Assembly (NCBI GenBank): GCA_964503235.1
Contig: CAZCZJ010000001.1
Coordinates: 5,851-69,850 of the forward strand
DNA length: 64,000 nucleotides
Direction: 5' to 3'
Origin: an uncultured Dehalococcoidaceae bacterium
GTDB taxonomy: Bacteria > Chloroflexota > Dehalococcoidia > Dehalococcoidales > RBG-16-60-22
In this document: positions 18,181 through 26,741 of the stretch, one piece after another
How the letters are laid out: the number at the start of each line of letters is the position of its first letter
Position numbering within the stretch: position 1 is the first letter of the stretch
Made by a program: the position numbers and the translations under genes
Notes under the pieces: model-generated
Told to the model about the DNA's origin: nothing
Seen by the model: the letters and a program-made list of their open reading frames with translations, nothing else
Database searches by the model: none

Positions 18181-19980
18181 ATGCTTAAAAGAAACAGGTC
18201 ATTTCTGTTAATACTACTTACATTGATGGTACTGGCAAGCGGGATAACAGGTTGCGGTGGTCTATCATCGGCAAAAACACAGGATGGCGCGTTCCCTTTT
18301 TATAAAGACCGTGTCGCGACAATCCGCATCGTGATGGAGGAAGAAGACTGGTCTTTCTGCCTGACCAACGCCTTCGAGGAGCAGTACGTTCCCGCCGATT
18401 TCTGGTTCGACGAAGAATTGATTCCCGATGTCGGTATCAGACCCAAAGGAAACTCGTCACTGGGTCAGGCTGTCGGCTGGGACAGTCCACGCATACCCCT
18501 GGCGATTGATTTTAATATATTCAACCGGGCACGTAATTTCCATGGTGTAAAGAAAGTATTTCTCAACAACGGATGGAGCGACCCCACCCTGATACGGGAA
18601 GTTGTTGCTTACGAGATATTTGCCGAAATGGGGATACCCACCCCGCGTGCTTCTCTCGTCGATGTGTGGGTAAACGATACTCACCTGGGTGTTTATACCA
18701 TGGTGGAAATGATAGACCAGGCTTTCATCGCGCGTCACTTCAATGACGCCACGGGTAATCTGTATAAACCGGAGCTGGTAGTGGCGCGGCTCGATTGGAC
18801 GGAAGAAGATGCCGAGAAGGATTTTTCCTCGCCGTTTTTCCCAGAACCACCTCCCAGACATGATCCCGTTCTATATACCAATATCGGCGGAGCTCCTCTG
18901 ATTGACCTTCTCAAGGCACTCGGCCAGGAAGAAATGGTGTCGCTATACACCCCGATTCCTCCCGCGGAAGGGAACCTATCCCGCGGTCTTCCCCCAGTGC
19001 GTATGCCAAGTAACTACCTTGATGCAATGGCATTAAAAACCAACGAAAATAACCCTGATTACTCGGGGTTATTCCGCTTTCTCGAAGTTCTTAATACCAA
19101 ACCGTCAGACAATTCTCTAGCCGATATCGAGGAAGTGATGGATGTAGATGAAATACTCAAGTTTATTGCCACCTCTGATGTTATCTTACACCTGGATAAC
19201 TATATCGGCATCGGGCACAATTATTACCTCTACGAGGTGGACGGCAAATTTTCTATCATTCCATGGGATGCGAACATGGCTTTCGGGACTTTTAATCTCG
19301 CCATTAAAAAGGAAGGACTCATTAACTACTATATTGATGAACCCACTGCTGGCCCAATGGTAAGATTTCCCCTTGTTTACCAGCTACTGAAACAGCCCGC
19401 TTATATGGAAAAGTACCGCGATTACGTACAGGAAGTTATCGACGAGCCGTTTGACCTTGATAGAGTCCTGGGACGTATCGACCAGCTTGTCGAAATGGTA
19501 CGTCCTTACGCCCAGGCTGATATGGAGATGTTTTACTCCTACGAAGACTGGGAACGCTGCCTTACCGAAGACCTAAGACCACCGGATATTTTTGAAGGCT
19601 GGATGGCTGGAGGCCCTTCACCCCAGCTTCCCTTCTTTCTCTCAAGCAGCGAATCCGCTTTCCTGAAGCAAAATTTCGGTGTCAACAGCCTCTGGGAGTT
19701 GTTTTCCATAGAACTGACCGAAGAAGATATCGCCAAATTGGGAGAGGGGCTTAGCGAGGAAACTTATTCTCTCTTTTTACAGAATTATTACGGGCCGCTG
19801 ATGGCACCACAGCCCCCCCATCAGCCTGGCTTCGGGCCAAACTCTCTGGGATTAATCACCTTTATCAAGGCACGCTATGAATCGGCTGTGAAGCAGCTAA
19901 ACGGAGAAATACCCAGTGGCTCGGGCCGAGGTATGGGTAACGGCGGTGATATGTGGATGGCGGACATGTTTAATTTTTAG
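18181..19980 (+). CDS. CotH kinase family protein, predicted lipoprotein
   Basis: CotH-type motifs (VFLNNGWSDPTLIREVVAYEIF; HNYYLYEVDGKFSIIPWDANMAFG). Signal peptide with lipobox (LMVLASGITGC). The start is set at the ATG at 18181 (MLKRNRSF...). Confidence 0.8.
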   Translation: MLKRNRSFLLILLTLMVLASGITGCGGLSSAKTQDGAFPFYKDRVATIRIVMEEEDWSFCLTNAFEEQYVPADFWFDEELIPDVGIRPKGNSSLGQAVGWDSPRIPLAIDFNIFNRARNFHGVKKVFLNNGWSDPTLIREVVAYEIFAEMGIPTPRASLVDVWVNDTHLGVYTMVEMIDQAFIARHFNDATGNLYKPELVVARLDWTEEDAEKDFSSPFFPEPPPRHDPVLYTNIGGAPLIDLLKALGQEEMVSLYTPIPPAEGNLSRGLPPVRMPSNYLDAMALKTNENNPDYSGLFRFLEVLNTKPSDNSLADIEEVMDVDEILKFIATSDVILHLDNYIGIGHNYYLYEVDGKFSIIPWDANMAFGTFNLAIKKEGLINYYIDEPTAGPMVRFPLVYQLLKQPAYMEKYRDYVQEVIDEPFDLDRVLGRIDQLVEMVRPYAQADMEMFYSYEDWERCLTEDLRPPDIFEGWMAGGPSPQLPFFLSSSESAFLKQNFGVNSLWELFSIELTEEDIAKLGEGLSEETYSLFLQNYYGPLMAPQPPHQPGFGPNSLGLITFIKARYESAVKQLNGEIPSGSGRGMGNGGDMWMADMFNF

Positions 19981-20023
19981 TTTGGAATTGTCCATCTATT
20001 AGGAAGGAATACATACCGAATAA

Positions 20024-20782
20024 ATGAGCAAAGTTATCACTGATAATAAGCCCGTAAGCAGATTCGAACGGAAATTCTCCATACTCCCCAGGAATATCGG
20101 GTTTGCCCTCGCCTTCTTGAGGCAGGTCTGCCGACCTGACAGAGAATACCCCAAAGACCGGGTCAACAGTTTGTATTTTGATTCTGCTGACCTCGATGAA
20201 TACATACGGTCGGCTTCGGGTGAGTTTAGAAAGAACAAGGTACGCATCCGCTGGTACGGCACGGTTCGCGAGGGCGCAGGAATCCCACCCGCATACCTGG
20301 AACTTAAATCCAGGGAGGGCTTTGCCAGCAGCAAACAGAGAGAGAAGCTTACCGTTCCTTCTGAGAACCTTTTTCCCGACCGCCTGTGCAGAGGTATCGT
20401 AGATAAAACGACGCTGAATAATACCCTGGCAAAATTCGGCCATTTCACGGAGGCACCGCTGAGACCGGTTATTGTCATATCTTATCAACGCTACAGATTC
20501 CAGGAAATACAGACGGGCATACGCGTTTCTTTCGATTATGATATCTCCGCATCGATGATTGCCCCGGAACTGCGACGTTACGAAAGCAGGTTAAGCCTCC
20601 CGAGCGCCGTTATTGAAGTCAAGGGCCCGACCCTGGAATTACCGTTTACCCTGCGGCGTATGAAATTCCTGGATACGGACTGGAGTCGATTCTCCAAATA
20701 CGGATACTGCATTGACGCGTTTCTCTCTGACCCGGGCAGCGTAGCGCGTTTTTCACCCTCGGGAAAAATTATAGACCTATAG
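20024..20782 (+). CDS. VTC domain-containing protein (polyphosphate-polymerase-like triphosphate tunnel fold)
   Basis: 252 aa. RFERKF..., SLYFDSADLDEY and KVRIRWY strand motifs are characteristic of bacterial VTC-domain (PF09359-like) proteins. Confidence 0.75.
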   Translation: MSKVITDNKPVSRFERKFSILPRNIGFALAFLRQVCRPDREYPKDRVNSLYFDSADLDEYIRSASGEFRKNKVRIRWYGTVREGAGIPPAYLELKSREGFASSKQREKLTVPSENLFPDRLCRGIVDKTTLNNTLAKFGHFTEAPLRPVIVISYQRYRFQEIQTGIRVSFDYDISASMIAPELRRYESRLSLPSAVIEVKGPTLELPFTLRRMKFLDTDWSRFSKYGYCIDAFLSDPGSVARFSPSGKIIDL

Positions 20783-20801
20783 ACTTGAAGGAGGACTTTT
20801 T

Positions 20802-21473
20802 ATGTTTGACGGACTATGGGAACTCATTAACAGCCTGAAGTCCCCGGTGGGACTCTGGGAAGCCGTGCTTGCCATCCTTTTTTCACTGATAGCATCCATT
20901 ATCGTGTATTTGATGTACCAGCTGTTTTACGGCTCCAGGCACATCGGTGCCGGGGTACATCGCACGTTCATCATCGGAGGTCCGGCCATTACGGCCTTAT
21001 TCCTCGGTATTCAGGTTTCCATTCCTCTTTCTCTGGGACTTCTGGGAGCGTTATCATTCGTCCGTTTCCGCACCCCGGTGAAAGACCCGGCGGAAATCGG
21101 TTTCCTGCTGTTACTCATAGCTTCATCAATCGGCGCCGCCACGGATAACTATCTGGCAACCGGTATTCTGTTCGGGGTAGTTTTTATTGCCCTGGGTATT
21201 CAGTGGCTTTTCCGTAATCGCTTTAACCTGTTCGGACGTGGTAATCTGATGATTTCGGTTGACCAGCCATCCTATCCGGAACTTGAGAAGAAACTCTCCT
21301 CTTTTCTTAAGGACCGCCTCGGCGGACTCAGGATGGAGACTATGTCTGTAATAGAAGACAGGGTTAGCCTTCATTATCAGTACCGGAAAAAGACCGGTTA
21401 CGACTGGGCAACCTTTACCAACGACCTCAACCAGATAGCGGCTCCGGCGAAGGTTGAGATATTTGTTGGTTAG
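20802..21473 (+). CDS. DUF4956 domain-containing membrane protein
   Basis: 223 aa and multi-pass. The signature GALSFVRFRTPVKDPAEIGFLLLLIASSIGAA matches the conserved (S)xVRFRTxxKDxxD core I recall for DUF4956. RBS GGAGGA upstream. Confidence 0.65.
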   Translation: MFDGLWELINSLKSPVGLWEAVLAILFSLIASIIVYLMYQLFYGSRHIGAGVHRTFIIGGPAITALFLGIQVSIPLSLGLLGALSFVRFRTPVKDPAEIGFLLLLIASSIGAATDNYLATGILFGVVFIALGIQWLFRNRFNLFGRGNLMISVDQPSYPELEKKLSSFLKDRLGGLRMETMSVIEDRVSLHYQYRKKTGYDWATFTNDLNQIAAPAKVEIFVG

Positions 21474-21506
21474 TATATTGAGTACGCTTTCGTCCCGTTA
21501 AGATGT

Positions 21507-21550
21507 TTGACAAAGATGTTTGACAAAAATGAATAACAGATGGGTATAAT
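21507..21550 (+). promoter_or_regulatory. Promoter candidate with tandem AGATGTTTGACAA repeats, upstream of the catalase leader
   Basis: Two TTGACA hexamers (21507-21512 and 21520-21525) lie within a 13-bp tandem repeat. TATAAT is at 21545-21550, with a 19-nt spacer from the second hexamer, which is longer than optimal. Confidence 0.3.
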
Positions 21551-21610
21551 TAAAGTGTAATCAAATCACGAGTTTCTGTATAACGGGAGGTTGAGGCGGG
21601 ATGAGCACCA

Positions 21611-21660
21611 GGGTACCGACTATAAATATATCACATTAGTCGGTGCCCTTTTTTATTTTT
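21611..21660 (+). terminator. Intrinsic-terminator-like hairpin plus U-run inside the catalase 5' leader (possible attenuator)
   Basis: GGGUACCGACUA (21611-21622) pairs with UAGUCGGUGCCC (21637-21648) over 12 bp with one G-U. The loop is 14 nt and is followed by TTTTTTATTTTT (21649-21660). It lies 28 nt before the catalase ATG. Confidence 0.45.
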
Positions 21661-21687
21661 CTGAAATTTGACCACAGGAGGTTTTTC

Positions 21688-23190
21688 ATGAAAAAGGGGA
21701 AAAAGACCTACACAACCGGATTCGGCGCTTCAGTAGATAACGACCAGAACAGCAAGGCAGCCGGCGCCTACGGCCCGCTGTTGATTCAGGACACCCACCT
21801 GCTGGAGAAGCTGGGGCACTTCGACCGGGAGCGTATCCCGGAGCGCGTCGTCCACGCCAAGGGCGGCGGGGCGCACGGCTACTTTGAGGTTACGGCGGAT
21901 GTTACCAAGTACACCAAGGCTAAATTCCTCTCGGAAATCGGCAAGCGTACCGATGTCTTTGCCCGCTTTTCTACCGTCGGCGGGGAGAGAGGTTCGGCCG
22001 ACGCCGAGCGTGACCCCCGCGGCTTCGCCCTGAAGTTCTACACCGAAGAAGGCAACTACGATATGACCGGCAACAACACCCCCGTCTTCTTCATCCGCGA
22101 CCCCTTAAAATTCCCGGACTTTATACACACGCAGAAGCGACACCCGGGCTCCAATCTCAAGGACGCCAGCATGTTCTGGGACTTCCTTTCGCTGACGCCG
22201 GAATCGGTCCACCAGGTAACCATTCTCTTCTCCGACCGGGGCACGCCGCGTACTTTCCGCAACATGAACGGCTATAGCAGCCATACCTTCAAGTGGTACA
22301 ACGCCAAGGGCGAGTATTTCTGGGTGAAATATCACTTCAAGACAGAGCAGGGCATCGACAACCTGACCCGTGACGAGGCCACCGAGATGAAGGGGAAAGA
22401 CCCCGACCACGCCGTCCGTGACCTCTATCAAGCCATCGAGCGCGGCGAATACCCATCCTGGCGGCTGGAGATGCAGGTAATAACCCCGGAGCAGGCCGAG
22501 AAATACCGCTTCGATTCCTTCGATGTCACCAAGGTCTGGTTCCACGCCGATGTCAAGCCGTTTACCATCGGGCGGATGGTGCTCAACCGAAACCCCAAGA
22601 ACTACTTCGCCGAGGTGGAGCAGGCGGCTTTCTCTCCGGCTAACTTCGTGCCCGGTATCGCGGCCTCGCCGGACAAGCTCTTGCAGGGGCGTCTCTTCTC
22701 CTACCACGACACGCACATCCACCGTCTGGGCGTCAACTACCCGATGATTCCCATCAACCGCCCCAAGAACGCCGTCAACTACTACCAGCGCGACGGTTCT
22801 ATGAACGTCGATAACGCCGGCGATGGTCCCAATTACTACCCCAACAGCTTCGGCGGGCCGGAGCCGCAGCCCGATGCCGCCGAGCCGCCTTTCGAGGTCA
22901 GCGGTGAGGCGCGCCGTCACCCCTATACCCACCCCAACGACGACTTCTTCCAGCCCGGCGAGCTTTACCGGCGGGTAATGACTGATATGGACCGCAACCA
23001 CCTCATCGGTAATATCAACACGCATTTATGTAACGCCCAGAAGCGAATCCAGCTACGCCAAGCGGCCGTCTTCTATAAGTGCGACCCGGAGTACGGCAGC
23101 CGTGTTGCCGAAGGTCTGGGACTCGACGTGAAAGAGGTAAAGAGCCTTGCCGAGATGACCCAGGACGAACGTGCCGAGGCAACATCCTAG
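21688..23190 (+). CDS. katA: Monofunctional heme catalase
   Basis: About 500 aa. Motifs include [51 protein letters not shown] and [17 protein letters not shown]. The start is set at the ATG at 21688 after AGGAGG. The track start at 21643 lies inside the terminator U-run. Confidence 0.95.
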   Translation: MKKGKKTYTTGFGASVDNDQNSKAAGAYGPLLIQDTHLLEKLGHFDRERIPERVVHAKGGGAHGYFEVTADVTKYTKAKFLSEIGKRTDVFARFSTVGGERGSADAERDPRGFALKFYTEEGNYDMTGNNTPVFFIRDPLKFPDFIHTQKRHPGSNLKDASMFWDFLSLTPESVHQVTILFSDRGTPRTFRNMNGYSSHTFKWYNAKGEYFWVKYHFKTEQGIDNLTRDEATEMKGKDPDHAVRDLYQAIERGEYPSWRLEMQVITPEQAEKYRFDSFDVTKVWFHADVKPFTIGRMVLNRNPKNYFAEVEQAAFSPANFVPGIAASPDKLLQGRLFSYHDTHIHRLGVNYPMIPINRPKNAVNYYQRDGSMNVDNAGDGPNYYPNSFGGPEPQPDAAEPPFEVSGEARRHPYTHPNDDFFQPGELYRRVMTDMDRNHLIGNINTHLCNAQKRIQLRQAAVFYKCDPEYGSRVAEGLGLDVKEVKSLAEMTQDERAEATS

Positions 23191-23212
23191 AGAAAATCAA
23201 TAGCTACAATAA

Positions 23213-23250
23213 AAGAGACGTGGATTGAGTTGCCTCTCTCCACGTCTCTT
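23213..23250. terminator. Bidirectional terminator-like hairpin between the convergent catalase and lipoprotein genes
   Basis: AAGAGACGTGGA (23213-23224) and TCCACGTCTCTT (23239-23250) form a perfect 12-bp stem. The T-run is weak (cATATTTTgg). Confidence 0.5.
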
Positions 23251-23280
23251 CATATTTTGGTTTAACTCACCCCCGGCCGG

Positions 23281-24357
23281 TTATTCCAGGTGAAAGCTCC
23301 TGATGACGGCATCAATGATCGCCTCGTCATGGGCAAAGGTGCTGACCGGACCGAAACCCATTAGGTTGAAGCCGTCCTCCCCCCGCATGACAATAACACA
23401 TTTCGCCGTGAGGTAAAAGCCCTCCATGGTGGCATTAAACACGAACTCATAGGCCGGGGTGCCATCATCCATGGTTATCTCGCCTTCGGAAAGCAGCTCG
23501 TAGTCGGGGAAATTATCAGTATATACCTGCCTGGCTCCGGCCACCGCCGCCTCAACACTGCCCGCTCCCGTCATCGTCCTGACCATCACCTCGGGCACTC
23601 CCGTATCGGCCCGGAGGTCGAGGATTTCCGCAAACCCACCGGTGGTACAGTCAGACCATCCCTCCGGGTAGGTGATGGAGAATCCGAATTCGGCGTTGGT
23701 ATAGGTACCGCCGGGACTGGAGGCCGGCGGCTCATAAGTATAAGGCAGCAGCTCAAAGCTGTCGATGATATCGTCCAGCAGCGGCCGCTGCGCATCGAAC
23801 CTGTCGGGTTCTCCGTAGACACCGACCATGATAAGCTGTCCCTCCCGCACCAGGACGATATAGCGGTACTTCTGCAGCTCACCAACGTCCTCATCACCCT
23901 GGCCGAGCATCTCGTAGCCGGAGATATCGTCGCCGATGGTGACGTAACCCTCGGAGAACATCTCGTATTCCGGCATCGTCTCCATGTACTCTTTAATTTC
24001 GGCAACGGCGTCTTCAAGGACAATCTCCCCGGTCTGGTAGTCTACCGATACGAATACCGAGAGACTCCCTTCGGGTTCGTTGCAGATGAAATAACAACTT
24101 GTCGGCCCGCCGTGAGTGTTCTCGTCCCATCCCTCGGGATGCTCAAAGGAAAAGCCGTGCTCCGTGTTCTCGTAGAGGGTCATGGTCAGGGCCGGGGAAC
24201 CAGGTGTAGTCGTTTGGGTTGAAGTTGAAGTAGTGGCGGTTGTTGTTGCAGATGTCGTTGTGGCCGCCGTTGTCCCGCACTGGCAGCCAACTATGAACAG
24301 GGCCAGCACGGCCAGAACAGTCAAGATAAGGCTCATCCCGCCTCTTTTGCCTGTCAT
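23281..24357 (-). CDS. Secreted lipoprotein with a Thr-rich linker and two tandem homologous domains, function unknown
   Basis: Signal peptide and lipobox (LALFIVGCQCG). Low-complexity TTAATTTSATTTATTSTSTQTTTPG. Two repeats start ..HGFSFEHPEGWDE.. and ..FGFSITYPEGWSD.. A PsbP/DUF1795-like fold is only suspected. Confidence 0.6.
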   Translation of the reverse strand: MTGKRGGMSLILTVLAVLALFIVGCQCGTTAATTTSATTTATTSTSTQTTTPGSPALTMTLYENTEHGFSFEHPEGWDENTHGGPTSCYFICNEPEGSLSVFVSVDYQTGEIVLEDAVAEIKEYMETMPEYEMFSEGYVTIGDDISGYEMLGQGDEDVGELQKYRYIVLVREGQLIMVGVYGEPDRFDAQRPLLDDIIDSFELLPYTYEPPASSPGGTYTNAEFGFSITYPEGWSDCTTGGFAEILDLRADTGVPEVMVRTMTGAGSVEAAVAGARQVYTDNFPDYELLSEGEITMDDGTPAYEFVFNATMEGFYLTAKCVIVMRGEDGFNLMGFGPVSTFAHDEAIIDAVIRSFHLE

Positions 24358-24477
24358 GGCCCCACTCCCTTTTTTCAGCTGATTCAGGTTTGTGTCATTC
24401 CGTCGTTTACACTACTCCTTTGTCCGTAGTATGTCAATGGTACTAATTTCCTATTACCAGTTTAATAATGAACGACA

Positions 24478-25746
24478 TCATACCGCTCTTTCTACCAGCT
24501 CAACGACATCATATACTTTCAATTTGCTACCGGTCTCTTTAATAGCCTTTACGAAATTCTGCTCACACCAGGGACAGGCAGTCACTATCGCCTCAGCCCC
24601 GGTAGCTTCAGCTTCCTTTATCCTCTCATCGGCCGTCCACAGTGAGAACTCAGGATTAGACTCGTTAACGCCGCCACCGGCACCACAACACCAGGCGTAT
24701 TCCTTTATCCTCACCATCTCTACCAGTTTCAACCCAGGTATACTCTTAATGACATCCCGCGGCGGCTCGTATACACCGTATGTACCGCGCCGGAACTCCT
24801 TATACGGCTCGAATACACGTATATGTCCCGGTACCTCCTTGCCCTGCCAGTGTATCCACGGCTCTCCCAGCCTCCCCAGATAACACGGGTCATGATAGGT
24901 TACCGTCATACCCACTTTCTTCTTCGGCTTGAGATTGCCTTCCTTAATGATCCTGTCCAGATATTCGGTAATATGTACTACTTCCAGGTCTCCCCTGAGT
25001 TCATACTTATCATAGAGAACCTTGAATGCCTGATAGCCGTCAGCACAGCTGGTTACCAGTGTTTTGGCACCAGACTTCTTGATCATTGCCATGTTCTGCT
25101 TCGCCTGGTTCAGGAAGTCTTCCTTATAGCCCATCTGGTAGGCACGACCGCCGCAGCATGTCTCGTTATTACCCCCAATACCAACATCGATACCAGCCTT
25201 TTGTAAAAGTTTTACGGTGGCTTTAGCAAGCTTCCACATATCTTTGTTATAGCTGGTCAGGCAGCCGACTTGGTAAATAACATCTACCTTCTCTTTGGTA
25301 TAGTCTTTTACCTTGAGTCCTGCCGCCCATTCTCCCCGCTTGCTCCTGGCCCCCGGTACCATCGTGCCCTGTTTCCTGAGACTGCCGATTACCTTGTCTA
25401 AAGCCGGGTTGGTATGCCCTTCCTCGACGGCTTTTATCCTCGTCTCGTATATCGGCTCTATTACCTCCATGTCCATGGCATACTTACACGATACGTCGCA
25501 GGCCCCGCACATCTGGCAGTTGTAGATGATATCCAGAAGCTTGTCTGTATATTCAAGCCGGTTCTCCAGCATAGCTACGCCAATACCCATACGGCCGCCA
25601 CCGGAATAGGCGTGAAAGTTATACCTGGATATACTGGGGCAGACGTTAACAGGCTGATATCCCGCCACTTTCTCCAGAGGAATAAATTTACAGATATTGC
25701 ATTTATTGCATAATTCCATGTCTTCCCGGTAATCCTGTAATGCCAT
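24478..25746 (-). CDS. (Fe-S)-binding CCG-domain protein, paralog of 13941..15209
   Basis: 422 aa, the same length and no indels (constant offset of 10537 nt). The protein is identical to copy 1 apart from the first ~28 residues and one M/L change. Confidence 0.85.
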   Translation of the reverse strand: MALQDYREDMELCNKCNICKFIPLEKVAGYQPVNVCPSISRYNFHAYSGGGRMGIGVAMLENRLEYTDKLLDIIYNCQMCGACDVSCKYAMDMEVIEPIYETRIKAVEEGHTNPALDKVIGSLRKQGTMVPGARSKRGEWAAGLKVKDYTKEKVDVIYQVGCLTSYNKDMWKLAKATVKLLQKAGIDVGIGGNNETCCGGRAYQMGYKEDFLNQAKQNMAMIKKSGAKTLVTSCADGYQAFKVLYDKYELRGDLEVVHITEYLDRIIKEGNLKPKKKVGMTVTYHDPCYLGRLGEPWIHWQGKEVPGHIRVFEPYKEFRRGTYGVYEPPRDVIKSIPGLKLVEMVRIKEYAWCCGAGGGVNESNPEFSLWTADERIKEAEATGAEAIVTACPWCEQNFVKAIKETGSKLKVYDVVELVERAV

Positions 25747-25889
25747 CTATTCCTCCTTCGAATCATCCACATGACCGTATTTAAATCCCAACTACATACC
25801 AATCAATTATAACTATGGTCGATATCCTGTCAAGTTAATTCCTATCCTATCTGGTAATTTCACTGTTTTCCCTGACCATGCCTATTTTA

Positions 25890-26073
25890 CCTCACCCCCT
25901 TTTTCCCCCTCTCCAACCCGGTTCTCTACTGAAATAATTATATTAGACTGGTCGTAGAGGGGGAGAGATTTTGAGTGGGGGCAAAGCCCCCTCTCTCTTA
26001 CACTCCCCTTTCCAATCAATTATTACTTAGGCTTGCCTTGATGCTCAAGGCTGGAGAGGAGTCAGGGGAGAGG
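25890..26073. repeat. Composite GC-rich palindromic repeat element (region C), same organisation as region B
   Basis: Arm CCTCACCCCCTTTTTCCCCCTCTCCAACC (25890-25918), GTAGAGGGGGAGAG (25955-25968), GC hairpin GGGGGC-aaa-GCCCCC with the TCTCTCTTACACTCCCC tail (25973-26010), and arm GGCTGGAGAGGAGTCAGGGGAGAGG (26049-26073). Confidence 0.8.
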
Positions 26074-26207
26074 CAAAGATATCAACAGGATACAGAAAGT
26101 ATTTCTTACCGGTATTGATTCTCCCAATCCCTCACCGGACATAACCAGTAGAGATAGGTATGCCTACAATGCTATAATGACAGTATGAGCCTTCAGGAGG
26201 ACTACCA

Positions 26208-26741
26208 ATGGCTAGAAAACTCACCGTCATTCCGGAGCAGTGTTCGGGATGCCGTATCTGCGAACTGGTATGCGCCATTAAGCATTTCGGGGTGAACAAT
26301 CCTAAAAAATCGGCAATAAGAATTATCAATACCTACCCTCACCCCGTGATGAGAATGCCCGTTGTCTGCAGCCAGTGCAAGGTGCCCGCCTGCGCCCAGG
26401 TATGCCCCACCGATTCCCTGCATCTGGTCGACGGCATCGTTCAACTCGATAAGGAAAGCTGCATTTCCTGTTTTAAATGCGTGGAAGCCTGTCCCTTCGG
26501 GGCCATCTACGCTCATGAAGAATGCGACCTGCCCATTAAGTGCGACTTATGCGGCGGCGAACCCGAGTGTGTCATCAACTGCCCTCTCGGCGCCCTCAGG
26601 ATGATACCGGAACACGCTCTCGGTGAGACTAAGAGGCTGAACAATGTCCTGAGCTATACCCAGATGAGAGAGATAGAGTTTTACGAGAAGGGCGAGAAGA
26701 AGACCATCCATTACGCCGAGATAGGGAAGGAAGAGCTATGA
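26208..26741 (+). CDS. 4Fe-4S ferredoxin-type protein (poly-cluster), AOR-associated electron-transfer subunit
   Basis: Four Cys motifs (CSGCRICELVC, CSQCKVPACAQVCP, CISCFKCVEACP, CDLCGG..ECVINCP). The stop overlaps the AOR start (ATGA). Confidence 0.85.
   Translation: MARKLTVIPEQCSGCRICELVCAIKHFGVNNPKKSAIRIINTYPHPVMRMPVVCSQCKVPACAQVCPTDSLHLVDGIVQLDKESCISCFKCVEACPFGAIYAHEECDLPIKCDLCGGEPECVINCPLGALRMIPEHALGETKRLNNVLSYTQMREIEFYEKGEKKTIHYAEIGKEEL

Noticed and set aside
19970-20488. Two overlapping minus-strand ORFs (172 and 159 aa)
   Set aside because: They are antisense to the VTC-domain gene, whose motifs and RBS context are convincing.
22105-23025. 306-aa minus-strand ORF inside the catalase gene
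   Set aside because: It is a shadow ORF of a GC-rich gene. The plus strand encodes an unmistakable catalase.
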